Part shown: positions 11,960-24,759 of the stretch, one piece after another
Numbering within the stretch: position 1 is the stretch's first letter
Layout: the number at the start of each line of letters is the position of its first letter
NCBI RefSeq assembly: GCF_902713615.1
Contig: NW_024055446.1
Coordinates: 1 to 64,000, forward strand
Direction of reading: 5' to 3'
Source of the DNA: Scyliorhinus canicula
Taxonomy: Eukaryota
DNA: 64,000 nt
Notes under the pieces: model-generated
What the model was told of the DNA's origin: nothing
The model's database searches: none
The model's input: the letters and a program-made list of their open reading frames with translations, nothing else
Translations under genes and position numbers: made by a program

Positions 11960-14900
11960 CTCACACAGCCTCAGTCACACAGCCTCACTCACACAGCCTC
12001 ACTCACACAGCCTCACTCAACAGCCTCACTCTCACAGTCTCACTCACACAGCCTCACTCACACACCTCACTCACATACCCTCACTCACACAGCCTCACTC
12101 ACACAACCTGACTCACACAGCCTCACTCACACCCTCACTCACATACGCTCACTCACACAGCCTCACTCACATCTCACTCACACAGCCTCACTCACAACCT
12201 CACTCACACAGCCTCACTCACACAGCCTCACTCATACAGCCTCACTCACAGCCTCACTCACCCACCCTCACTCACATAGCCTCACTCATACAGCCTCACT
12301 CACACACCCTCACTCACACAGCCTCACTCACACAACCTCACTCACACACCCTCACTCACACAGCCTCACTCACACTGCCCACTCACACAGCCCACTCACA
12401 CAGCCTCACTCACACACCCTCACTCACACTACCCTCACTCACACAGCCTCACTCACACAGCCTCACACACCCTCACTCACACAGTCACTCACACACCATC
12501 ACTCACTCACACAGCCTCACTCACACAGCGTCAGTCACACAGCCTCACTCAGACACACTCACTCACTACCCTCACTCACACACCTTCATACAGCCTCACT
12601 CACACAGCCTCACTCACACCCTCACTCACACACCCTCACTCACACAGCCTCACTCACACAGCCTCACTCACACACCCTCACTCACACAGCCTCACTCACA
12701 CAGCCTCACTCACAGAGCCCACTCACACAGCCTCACTCACACACCCTCACTCACAACCTCACTCACACACCCTCACCACACAGCCTCACTCACACAGCTC
12801 ACTACACGCCTCACTCACACACCCTCACTCACACAGCCTCACTCACACAGCCTCACTCACAGCCTCACTCACACAGCCTCACTCACACACCCTCACTCAC
12901 AGAGCCTCACTCACACAGCCTCACACACACCCTCACTCACACAGCCTCACTCACACCATCACTCACTACACAGCCTCACACACAGCCTCACTCACACACC
13001 CTCACCCACACACCCTCACCACACACCTCACCCACACAGCCTCACTCACACAGCCTCACTCACACAGCCTCACTCACACACTCACTCACACAGCCTCACT
13101 CACACAGCCTCACTCACACAGCCTCACTCACACAGCCTCACCACAGCCTCACTCACACACCCTCACCACACTCACTCACACAGCCTCACTCACACACCCA
13201 CTCACATACGCTCACTCACACAGCCTCACTCACACAGCCCTCACACACAGCCTCACTCACAGACGCAATCTCCTCACACAGCCTCACTCACACAGCCTCA
13301 CTCACAGACACAACCTCACTCACACAGCCTCACTCACACCCCCTCACTCACACACCCTCACTCACTCACTCCCCTCCCTCTCACAACCTCACTCACTCAA
13401 ACAGCCTCACTCACTATAACACCCTCACTCACCATCACTCTCTCACACTCATTGACTCACACTTGCTAGCCCAACATAAATTGCTCACTCTCATTCACCC
13501 GCACTCATTCACACACCCTCAGTCCACCTTAGTACACACTGGTTCACCACCCACCCTCACTCACTCAGCATCACACACCACCCTCACCATCCTCACTAAT
13601 CCTCAGTCATGGAACCTCACTCAGTCACCCTTACTCATTCACCCTCAGTCACACACCTTCACACAACCATCATCACCCATTCATCCTCCCTCACTCACTC
13701 TTCCTTGCTCACCCACCCTCATTCATTCACCTACCGACCTCATTCACCTTCATTCAGTAACCCACCCACGCACCTCACTCAGCTTAACACACCCACCTCA
13801 TTCATCCTCATTCAGACTCTCAGCTCAATCAATCACCACATCATCACTCACCCTCATTCACTCACCACCTTCCTCACTCATCACCTCACTCACTACCCAC
13901 CCACCCTCACTTACTCACGCTCATCACACACCTTCACACACTCACCAGTCACTTACCCTCATCCACCCACCCTCACTTACTCACGCTCAGTCACACACCT
14001 TCACACACCAGTCACTTACCTCATCCACCCTCACTTACTCACGCTCAGTCACCACCTTCACACACTCACCCTCATTCACTTACCTTCACCCACCCATGCT
14101 CACTTGCCCGCAGTCACACTGCCCTCACTTACTACCCCTCATTCACCCACAACCCTCACTTACTCACCCTCAGTCAGACAGCCTCACACACTCACTCATT
14201 CACCTCACTCACCCATGCTCACTCGCCCACACACTGCCCCTCACTTACTCACCTCACTCACTCACCCACCCACCCTCGATTACCTTAATTCAGTAACTTA
14301 CCCTCACTCAGTCACCCACATTCACTAACACACTGACTCACCCACTCCACTCCCAACTCTCATTCACTCAACCTCACTGACACCCTCAATCACTCACCTC
14401 ACTCACTCTCTCACTCACTCAGCCACCCTCAGTAAACTACCCTAATTCAGCTCCACTCACTCAACATCACACCCACCATCACTCACCCATCATCTCGCAT
14501 TCACCACCCTCACTCACACAGCCTCACTCACACAGCCTCACGCACACAGCCTCACTCACACAGCCTCACTCACACACCCTCACTCAGCCTCACTCACACA
14601 CACTCACTCACCCTCACTCACTACCCTCATTCACACAGCCTCACTCACACAGCCTCACTCACACACCCCACTCACCACACACTCACTCACTACCCTCACT
14701 CACACAGCCTGACCACACACCCTCACTCACACACCCTCACTCACACAGCCTCACTCACACCCTCACTCACACAGCTTCACTCACACACCCTCACTCACAC
14801 AGCCTCACTCACACAGCCTCACTCACACACCCTCACTCACACAGCCTCACTCACACCCTCACTCACACACCCTCACTCATACAGCCTCACTCACACAGCC

Positions 14901-17625
14901 TCACTCACAGCCTCACTCACAGACACAGCCTCACTCACACAGCCTCACTCACACAGCCTCACGCACACAGCCTCACTCACACAGCCTCACTCACACAGCC
15001 TCACTCACACAGCCTCACTCACACAGCCTCACTCACACAGCCTCACTCACTCACACAGCCTCACACACAGCCTCACTCACAGTCTCATCCACAGCCTCAC
15101 TCTACACCCTCACTCACACACCCTGACTCACACAGCCTGACTCACACAGCCTGACTCACACAGCCTCACTCACAGACACAGCCTCACTCACAGCCTCACT
15201 CACAGCCTCACTCACACAGCCCACTCACCCACTCCTCATCACACAGCCTCACTCACACGCCTCATCACCACCCTCACTCACACACCTTCACTCACACAGC
15301 CTCATCACACACCTCACTCACACAGCCTCACTCACACAGCCTCACTCACACAGCCTCACGCGCACAGCCTCACTCACACAGCCTCACTCACACAGCCTCA
15401 CTCCACAGCCTCACACACACTCTCACTCACACACTCACTCACAGACACAGCCTCACTCACACCCCTCACTCACACAGCCTCACTCACACACCCTCACTCA
15501 CACACACCCACTCACAGCCCACTCACACACCCTCACTCTCACAGCCTCATTCACACAGCCTCACTCACACAGCCTCACTCACACAGCCTCACTCACACAG
15601 CCTCACTCACACAGCCTCACTCACACACACTCACTCACACACCCTCACTCACACACCCTCACTCTCACAACCTCACTCACACACCCTCACTCACACAGCC
15701 TCACTCACACACCTCACTCACACAGCCTCACTCACATATCCTCACTCACACAGCCTCACTCACACAGCCTCACTCACACAGCCTCAGTCTCACAACCTCA
15801 CTCGCACACCCTCACTCACACAGCCTCACTCACACAGCCTCACTCACACAGCCTCACTCACACACCCTCACTCACACAGCCTCACTCACACACCTCACTC
15901 ACACACCCTCACTCACACACCCTCACTCACACAGCCTCACTCACACAGCCTCACTCACACAGCCTCACTCACAAAGCGTCTCTCACCCACCATTTCCCAT
16001 GCGCCTTCACTCACAATCTCGCCCATCCTCATTCACACACCCTCACTCATGTTCCCTCACACACACTCACTCAGCCACCCTCACTTACACACACTCATGC
16101 ACCCACCCTCTTTCACCCACTCTCACTCAACCTCACACCACCCACTCTCATTCACTTACCTTCACTCACTCACCCTCACTTACTCACACTCACTCACCCT
16201 CACACTCACTCTCATTAACTCACTCACCCAACCTCATTCAATTACCCTCATTCTCTAACATTCACTCACTCATGCACTCACTCTCACTCACTCACCCTCA
16301 CTCACCCGCTAACTGTCACGTACACTCCTGGCTCACTCACCCTCACTCATCACCCTCACTGAATCACCCTCTCTCATTCAGCCTCACTCCTTCACCCTCA
16401 CTCAATCACCCTCGCTCAATCACCCTCATTCAATCACCCTCACTCAATCACCCTCACTCAATCACCCTCACTCAATCACCCTCACTCAATCACCCTCACT
16501 CACTCACCCTCACTCATTCACCCTCAGTCATTCACCCTCACTAATGCACTCTCATTCATTCACCTCCCCTCACCCTCCCTCACCCTCCCTCACTCAGTCA
16601 CCTTCACTCTCATGTTCACTGCACACCTTCACTCACAAACTCACCCTCCCAGCCTCACTCAGCCAGCCTCACTTATTCTCCACCTCTCACTCACTGCCCC
16701 TCACCCATCCAGACCCATCCACCCTCAGTGACATACCCTCACCCATTTACCCTCACTCCATCAACCACCCATTCTCTCCCACTCATCAACACTCCAACCG
16801 TTACTCAGTTACTCACTCACCCATACTTATTCTCTACCCCACTCAGTTACTCACTCACCCACACTCACTCTCCTACCTTCATTCAGTTACTCACTCACCC
16901 ACACTCACTTCCTACCCTCACTCTTACTCACTCACCCACACTCACTCTCCTACCCTCACTCAGTTACCGACTCGCCCACACTCACTCTCCTACACTCACT
17001 CAGTTACTCACTCACCCACACTCACTCTCCTACCCTCACTCAGTTACTCACTCACCTGCACTCACTCTCCTACCCTCACTCAGTTACTCACTCCCTCACT
17101 CACTCTCCTACCCTCACTCAGTTACTCACTCACCCACACTCACTCTACTACCCTCACTCAGTTACTCACTCACCCACACTCACTCTACTACCCTCACTCA
17201 GTTAAACATTCCCCCGCACTCACTCTCCTACCCTCACTCAGTTACTCACTCACCCGCACTCACTCTCCTACCCTCACTCAGTTACCCACTCACCCACACT
17301 CAAACTCCTACATTCACTCAGTTACCCACTCACCCACATTCACTCTACTACCCTCACTCAGTTACTCACTCACCCACACTCACTCCAACCCTCACTCAGT
17401 TACTCACTCACCCGCACTCACTCTCCTATCTTCATTCAGTTACTCACTCACGCGCACTAACTCTCCCACCCTCACTCAGTTACTCACTCACTCTCCTACC
17501 CTCACTCAGTTACTCACTCACCCGCACTCACTCTCCTCACTCACTCACTCACCCACTCACTCTCCTACCCTCACTCACCCACACTCATTCTCCTACCCTC
17601 CTCACCTACTCACACATCCTCTCTC
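11960..17625. repeat. ~5.7-kb C/A-rich tandem repeat complex in the J-C intron: (CACAGCCTCACTCA)n 14-mer, irregular CACT tracts, and a 40-bp unit CAGTTACTCACTCACCCACACTCACTCTCCTACCCTCACT (16790-17620)
   Basis: Periodicity is directly visible and the + strand is nearly G-free. Confidence 0.95.
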
Positions 17626-17752
17626 ACTGATGCTCAGGAAATGGGCACGGGAGCGTCTGCAACGGGGGAGGAATGGAGAACTGGAGCGAAACTGATGACG
17701 AGGCGCCCGAATGTGGCTGCATGACTCGGGATTCCCGGAGCCGGAGGAAAGT

Positions 17753-17885
17753 GCAGAGAGCCGGGGGAAGGCGCAGAGAGCCGGGGGAGGAGCAGAGAGC
17801 CGGGGAAGGGCAGAGAGCCGGGGGAAAGGGCAGAGAGCTGGGGAAGGTGCAGAGAGCCGGTGGAGTAGCAGAGAGCCGGAGGAAA
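17753..17885 (+). repeat. G-rich 18-20-bp tandem repeat GCAGAGAGC(C/T)GGGG..., 7 copies
   Basis: Units start at 17753, 17773, 17792, 17810, 17830, 17849 and 17868. Confidence 0.85.
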
Positions 17886-18400
17886 ATCCATGGAGTGGGT
17901 CATAAGCGATAAGAATCGGGGTAAAGCGAACCGTGCTGGTGAAAAGATCAGAAAGCCCGCACAAAGTGCCAGGAACCGGGAAAAGCATAAAGAACTGGAA
18001 AAGTGCAGCACACATGGGCAAAACACAAAGAGCAGGATGACAATGCCGAGTCGAGAGAAAGTGCAGAGATGCGGAGGAAAGCGCAGAGAGCCGTGAAAAA
18101 GAGCAGAGAGCTAAAGAAAGTGAAGGGACCAGGAGAAAGGTACAGAAATCCAGCGGGAACGGCAGAGAGAGGGGAACGCACAGGGAGCGCGGGGCGGGGT
18201 GCGGGGGATTGCAGACAACCCGGTGTCAGTGACAGGCGGAATGTGAAACTGCACAATCAACACAGGCAGGAGCTTACTGAATGGGGAGGAGACTCGACAG
18301 ACCGAATGGCCGACTCCTGCTGTTAATGTGCAGGATCCTAAAATTAGAATGTTGCAATTACTCAAATGTAGAGTTTTATTGTAATTATATAAATGTGCAT

Positions 18401-18800
18401 TCAGTTAGCTGGATTGTGACGTACACAGCTCAGTTAGCTGGATTGTGACGTACACAGCTCAGTTAGCTGGATTGTGACGTACACAGCGCAGTACTGGATT
18501 GTGACGTACAGCTCAGTCAGCTGGATTGTGACGTACACAGCTCAGTCAGCTGGATTGTGACGTACAACTCAGTCAGCTGGATTGTGACGTACACACTCAG
18601 CAGACTGTGACGTACACAGCTCATTAGCTGGACTTGACGTACACAGCTCAGTTAGCTGGATTGTGACGTACACAGCTCAGTTAGCTGGATTGTGACATAC
18701 ACAGCTCAGTTTGCTGGATTGTGACGTACACAGCTCAGTTTGCTGGATTGTGGTACACAGCTCAGTGAGCTGGATTGTGACGTACACGGCTCAGTCAGCT
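18401..18800 (+). repeat. 29-bp minisatellite CAGTTAGCTGGATTGTGACGTACACAGCT, ~14 copies
   Basis: Direct periodicity; about 21 AGCT counted. Confidence 0.93.
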
Positions 18801-18965
18801 GGGGGCTGGTTCGTGATGAAGATCAATCCCAGCAGCGCGGGTTCAATTGCTGCACCGGCTGAGGTTATTGATAAAGACCCCCATTCTCAACCTTTGCCCT
18901 GGCCTGAGGTGTGGTGACCCTCAGGTTAAATCACCACCAGTCAGCTCTCAAAAGGAGAGAGCAGA
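18790..18965 (+). mobile_element. tRNA-derived SINE (second family); homologue at 34965-35165
   Basis: The two copies share GCTGGTTCGTGATG...CCTGAGGTGTG.TGACCCTC.GGTTAAATCACC.CCAGTCAG. Confidence 0.7.
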
Positions 18966-19054
18966 CTCCGGGTCTATGGGACATTACATTTTGTTTACAT
19001 GATGGCTGACATAATGGGGAAAATCATCCGCTCTTCGCTTTCGCTTTCAATCCA

Positions 19055-19062
19055 ATGCAAAT
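19055..19062 (+). promoter_or_regulatory. Perfect octamer ATGCAAAT ~245 bp upstream of Cmu1
   Basis: Exact motif match; function is inferred only. Confidence 0.35.
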
Positions 19063-19307
19063 TACATCATTCAGATTACATCAAATGTTGTTTTATGTGA
19101 TAGAGACGGAGAAAGATGTGAGTTTCTAATGAGGGGCAAACGGTGTTGGTTCTCAAATGATAGAACTAATAGAAGCTGAAATGTAGATGTACATTTGTTA
19201 GGAAAATGTTGGAATAAACACATAGTTCTCGTCAAATTTTGAAATGTTTGGTTACTGAATAAATACAATCCCAGAGTCTAACTGTTGAATGGGCCATTCT
19301 CTCCCAG

Positions 19308-19607
19308 CGACACCGTCTCCGCCCACTCTCTACAGCCTGGTCTCCTCCTGCCAGCAACACAACACCGACGGCTCCGTGACCTTCGGCTGTTTGGCGATGG
19401 ACTACTCCCCAGAAATCACCAGCCTTACCTGGAAGAAAGATGGGCAGCTGATCGCCACTGGAGTTAAGAAATACCCGTCAGTGAGAAACAAGAAGGGAAC
19501 CTACACCCTGAGCAGCCAGTTAACCATCACCGAGTCAGAGGGGGAATGCAGCAAAATCAGCTGTGAGGTTCGACACAGCGGCTCAGCCAAGAGCATTGGA
19601 ATGACAT
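19308..19607 (+). CDS. IGHM: Cmu1 exon ([15 protein letters not shown]...FGCLAMDY...TWKKDG...ISCEVRH)
   Basis: AG at 19306-07, GTAAG at 19608, 300 nt, open C1-set domain. Confidence 0.95.
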
Positions 19608-19811
19608 GTAAGTGTTGTGGAATCTGTGAGAATCAGAAACCTATGATTATCTTGTATAGGGTCTTGGATATAACTAATTTTAATACTCTGCATTTCTGAT
19701 CCCTGGAAAATCAAGCTTTGTGTCTATTGACCACAAACATGTTTTAAAGCATATGAACTCATTTTTTCATCAATTTCTTCTGCAAGAAATATCTAATTGT
19801 GTTTCTTGAAG

Positions 19812-20120
19812 GTCCCAGAATTTATGCTCCAAATGTTCTCCTCACCGTGAGTTCCAGTGAAGAAATCACAAGACAGAAATTTGCAACCATCGTCTGTTCA
19901 ATTAACGATTTCCAGCCAAATTCAATCACGGTGAAGTGGCTGAAGAATGGACAACCCATGGGTTCAGGAATTGTCACCTCTCCCGCCTGTGAAGTGAACG
20001 GGAACTTCTCAGCGAGCAGTCGGCTGACACTCTCCGCTGGGGAATGGTTCAGCAGAGCGGTCTATACCTGCCAGGTCACTCATCAAGAGGTCACCCAAAG
20101 TTACAACATCACCGCGTCTG
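19812..20120 (+). CDS. IGHM: Cmu2 exon ([10 protein letters not shown]...VCSIND...KWLKNG...YTCQVTH)
   Basis: AG at 19810-11, GTAAG at 20121, 309 nt, open. Confidence 0.95.
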
Positions 20121-20738
20121 GTAAGAGACACAAACAGAGGAAAGAATAAATCATCCTGCATTCTGATGTTAATCCAAATCAGGAATTTACTGAAGTTAGT
20201 ACAAAGCACAGAATAACTTCTAATTTACTGCCATGTAGTTTGTGTTTCATTCTGACGGAAAAGCTGCATTAGGATTGCTCACCATTCAGGATTTGATCAG
20301 TATAGAAATACATGTTTGCTCTAATTTGAAGTCATTTAGTGAGTGAGGTGGCCTTGATATCAGCTTTATCCTGAGACCGCTGCTTATATTTGAGAGTCAG
20401 TGGGTGTCTGAAACACTTTACTGATAACAGCTCCGGGACGAAAGTGTTGGAAAGTTCAATCCAATCTATTTATAAATAAGCCCTCAGTACTTCGTTCCTG
20501 AGATCAGCACTTGAGTATTTGTATTGGGAATGCTGCAATACTGATTCGTTAGAATGGCATCGGGGCTGACTGTATTTCATAATGAGAGTTTACACTGACC
20601 AAACGTGTATAGAAGATTAATGGCGATCATTAGAAGTCTCGAAGTTGATTCATTCCCATTGAGTGAGTGAAGGCTGAATCCTGCTGTCCTGATTCTGAAG
20701 ATGAAACTTGGGTTGATTTCCACTTTTTTCATTCACAG

Positions 20739-21045
20739 ATCCTTCCGTTTGCACTGTTGCCTCAGTAACAATACTGCCACCACCAATAGAACAGGTCTTG
20801 CTGGAGGCGACTGTAACCTTAACCTGCGTCATTTCGAATGCTCCTTATGGAGTCAACGTGTCCTGGAGTGAAGCGAAGAAGCCGCTGAAATCAGAGATTG
20901 CCGACCAGCCTGGGGCAGATACTGAGAGCGTGGTCAGCAAATTAAACATCTCGACACAAGCCTGGCTGAGTGGGGCTGTGTTTGACTGTGTGGCGAGCCA
21001 TCAGGACCTGCCAACCCTTTAAGAATTTCAATCCACAAAAAATAG
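20739..21045 (+). CDS. IGHM: Cmu3 exon, frameshifted near its 3' end as written (TAA at 21020-22)
   Basis: [30 protein letters not shown]...[12 protein letters not shown]. The exon is 307 nt, not a multiple of 3. Adding one C (21015-17) and one A (21037-42) restores [12 protein letters not shown]. Confidence 0.9.
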
Positions 21046-21264
21046 GTGAGCGGTGAGACTGAAGCAATAAGTGAGTCATTGTGTCTATTTCTAGTGTCAG
21101 TGCAGCGGTCAGTATTTAGCATTCAGTGTATTTATGGTCCATTCTGATTGGTAATTCCACTAACTAAATACTCTGGGCCCTCAGAGTTTAAGGGGGAAAT
21201 TGATATGTAGCAGAATGAACAATGAATTGAAAACAGTGATATTGGGTTTAGACGGAGCGAGACC

Positions 21265-22200
21265 ATAGACCACAAGATTTAGGAGCAGATGAAGGCCATT
21301 GGGCCCATCAACAGCGGCCCAGCCTTCAGTGAGGTCATGACTGATCTGCTGTGATAATCTTCAACTCCTCTTTCCCACCTTATCCCCATATCTCTTGACG
21401 CTTTTACTAATTGAAAATGTTTCTCTCTCAACCTTGAACATACTGAACAACCCAGAATCTACAGCCCCCTGCGTTAAATAATTCCACAGCTTCACTACTC
21501 TCTTGGAGAGGAAATTCCTTCTCATCTCGGTCTGAAATGGGCGAACCCTCACTTTGTGACCATGCGCTCTGCTCCTAGACGCTCCTACAAGGGAAAACAA
21601 TCTCACAGCGTCTATCCTAAGAAGCTCCCGGAGAATATTTCATGTCTCAAGTAGGTCGCCTTGATTCCTCTAAACTCCAATAAGTACAGCCCAGAATACT
21701 TACCTCTCCCCATAAGAAAATCCCTCCATACTCGGGATCAACCTGTGTCCTTCTCTGGACTGCCCTCAAAACCAATCTGTCTTCCTCAGATAAGGGCAAC
21801 AAAACTATTCAAAGTGTATCAGGTGTAGACTAACTAATGCCTTGTATAGTTTTAGCCAGACCCCATGTTTATATTCTATTCCCTTTGAAATAAATGTCAA
21901 CATTCAATTTGTCTCCATATTACCTGCAGAATTTGCTTTTTGTGGTTTCTGCACGAGGACCCCCAATTCCCCCGTTACTTCAGCTTTCTGCAGTCTTTCT
22001 CCATCTAAATAATATTCCGTTATGTTCCTCCTCCTCCCAAAGTGTCTAACCTCACATTTTCCAACATTATGTCCCATCTGCCAAGTTTTAACTCAGTGAC
22101 TGAAGCTGTCTCTGTCCCTCTGGATTTTCTGTAACCTCACCACTTGCCTTTCTATTTTTGTCATCTGCAGCGTGGGAATAGTACATTCATTTATTAAACA
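21265..22200 (-). mobile_element. CR1-type LINE 3' fragment
   Basis: VRPFQTEMRRNFLSKRVVKLWNYL (21361-21606); boundaries approximate. Confidence 0.75.
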
Positions 22201-22736
22201 CAGTTTTGAAATTCATGTATATTACATCTACTGGTCCCCCTCTCTCTCGCCTTCTCCTTATCACCTCAAACAATTGGCAATCAATTTGTCAGGCATGATT
22301 TACCCTTCACGAAGCTGTGCAGACCCTGCTTGATTATACTCTGTATGTCTAAATGCTCAGCTACTGAGGTCCCTGGCCTATAGTTACCTGTTTTTGTCTC
22401 CCTCCCTTTTGAATAAGGGTGTTACATTGGCAGTTTTCCAATCCTCTTGAGGTAGGGGGAGTTTGATGTGGAGTTTATACACCAGCACAGAACAGTTGGG
22501 CCGAATGGCCTGTTTCCCTGCTGTACATTTTCTGAAACTTTCGAATCCAATATCCGTAAATTCTCAGGGAAAAGGATTGTGTCCACCTCTGCTCCGAGCT
22601 GGGACCGGACAGATCCCAAAGTGGAAAATGGAAACCTTTAAAATCCAACACAAAACACATTTCTCTCACATCTAACCCGCGGTTCCATTGTCCGGAATTC
22701 CCCATTTTATTGACATTTATTGTACATTTTCTGCAG

Positions 22737-23127
22737 ATCCCAATCCACGGGAACCGTCCGTCTCTGTCCTCCTGCCTCGGCTGAAGACGTCTCCGCTCAG
22801 AGATTCGTCTCCCTCAGCTGCTTAGTGAGAGGTTTCTCCCCCCGAGAGATCTTCGTCAAGTGGACCGTCAATGACAAGCCGGTGAATCCCGGGAACTACA
22901 AGAACACCGAGGTGATGGCGGAGAACGGCAATAGCTCCTTCTTCATGTACAGCCTGTTATCCATTGCAGCGGAGGAGTGGGCCAGCGGCGCTTCTTACTC
23001 CTGTGTGGTGGGACATGAAGCCATCCCCTTGAAGATCATCAACAGAACGGTTGATAAATCCAGCGGTAAACCCAGTTTTGTGAACATTTCCCTCGCTCTG
23101 ATGGACACCGTTAATTCATGTCAATGA
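22737..23127 (+). CDS. IGHM: Cmu4 plus secretory tailpiece (…[22 protein letters not shown]); internal donor G|GTAAA after 23065 for the membrane form; 1-nt frameshift at ~22776
   Basis: [13 protein letters not shown] then shifts to [20 protein letters not shown]. The tail has the NIS glycosylation site and penultimate Cys. Confidence 0.92.
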
Positions 23128-23152
23128 GAATCTATTGTTTATTTCGAACTAA

Positions 23153-23167
23153 AATAAAAATAATAAA
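23153..23167 (+). terminator. Secretory-form polyadenylation signals (AATAAA x2)
   Basis: AATAAA at 23153-58 and 23162-67, just after the stop codon. Confidence 0.8.
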
Positions 23168-23574
23168 GGTTTTTTCCTCCAATTGTGATTTAAATACACA
23201 GCCGCATAATTAATGGCGCTTCCACTTTGCTGATATTAGATCTGTTCAATGAGACCCGGGTTACTACAGGTCTCGGCCCCAAGTCTGATACAACCAGTGC
23301 TCCCAGCTCAGATACACCCTGGGTTAGAGACAGAGCAAAACTCATTCATTCCAGGATTCAGCAAAATATCTTCATTGACTTTCCCCCACTGAGGAGAAAT
23401 CATTTCAGACAAACAAACACATCACATTTAGATCTCGGTGTTCCTGCTTCTCTCATTGTCCATCCCTTTAAAATTAATGTCAGCTTTAAGTTGCTGCATC
23501 ACACCCACTGGGAACTGAATTGAGGGTCACACAGAAACCTGGACCGACAATCCCCGTCAAAGAGAGGGGAAAGT

Positions 23575-24290
23575 GAAATTGTTAATCCACTGTACCCCTA
23601 CCTCCCCAACAGAGAGAGGGGGAGGGGCATTAGTTATTCCACTGTCCCCACCCACCCTCTCCCCACAGAGAGAGGGGAAGGGCATTAGTTAACCACTGTA
23701 TCCCCACTTCCCCAATAGAGAGAGGGGAGGGGCATTAGTTAATCCACTGTACCCCCACTTCCCCAACAGAGAGGGGGAGGGGCATTAGTTAATCCACTGT
23801 ACCCCCACTTCCCCAATAGAGGGAGGGGGGGGTTTAGTTAATTCACTGTACCCCACTTCCCCAACAGAGAGAGGGGAGGGGCTTTAGTTAATCTACTGTA
23901 CCCCCACTTCACCAACAAGAGAGGGGGAGGGACATTAGTTAATCCACTGTACCCCACTTCACAACAGAGAGAGTGGGAGGGGCTTTAATTAATCCACTGT
24001 ACCCCCACTTCACCAACAAGAGAGGGGCATTAGTTAATCCATTGTCCCCACGTCCCCAACAAAGAGAGGGGTTGGGGCATTACTTACACACTGTGCCCCC
24101 ACTTCCCCAACAAAGAGACAGTGGGGGGCTGAGTTAACCCACTGGACACCCGCTTCCAACAATGAGTGGAAAGACATTATTTAATCCACTGCCCCCCACT
24201 TCCCCAACAAAGAGAGCAAAGGGGCAATACTAACCCGTTTTACCTCCACTTTCCCAACCACAAGAGGGGGAAGGTGATGAGTGAACTCTC
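23575..24290. repeat. ~50-bp minisatellite TTAATCCACTGTACCCCCACTTCCCCAACAGAGAGGGGGAGGGGCATTAG, ~14 copies
   Basis: Period 50 is visible at 23731/23781. Confidence 0.88.
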
Positions 24291-24759
24291 TGTATCTCCA
24301 CCTCCAGCAGGGACAACCCAAAGGCAATTTGCTGAGCTGACCAGAGAGAGGAAGATTATTAATTCAATATCTTCCCAGTCCCCAAGCAGGGAGTTTGGAA
24401 GTAAACGGTTGTCTGGACTAAGAACTCAGTTATGACATTACACGACGCCATGTAGTTTACAGGCTGATACATAATAAAGATGTTCTTAAAATATCTATTT
24501 ATGCAACATAATTCTTTTAGCACCTTGTTCCTCTTATCCGTATGCTGAGACCGATTCCCCATAATCCAAATCCAGACTGGTGATTGAATTCTCGCGGGTT
24601 TTCACTGTTCTCTCCCGAGGAGCCTCCTTGTTTTTTTGCATTAGGTCACCTGATGTCAGCTTGCAACTCACGAAAACACATTTATAAGCAGAAAGTTCAA
24701 CATATTCTCCATCGGTATCAATAATACCCACAACTGGCAAAGCTACAGGCAGCTGATAC

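Larger units (their letters stand above)
1..11960 (+). repeat. Left arm of a large inverted segmental duplication (partner ~49820-61642); may extend left of the window
   Basis: Position 1 pairs with 61642 and ~11958 with ~49822. Spot alignments are roughly 90-95% identical by eye. Confidence 0.93.

Noticed and set aside
11859-17695. Long His/Ser/Thr/Leu-rich ORFs (536, 788, 239, 383 and 300 aa)
   Set aside because: These are artefacts of a G-poor tandem repeat that rarely forms stop codons. They are open in several frames, intronic, and have no domain.
18401-18800. Regular 29-bp repeats (also the 65-bp and 82-bp arrays) as CRISPR
   Set aside because: The units are head-to-tail with no unique spacers, there are no cas genes, and the DNA is vertebrate.
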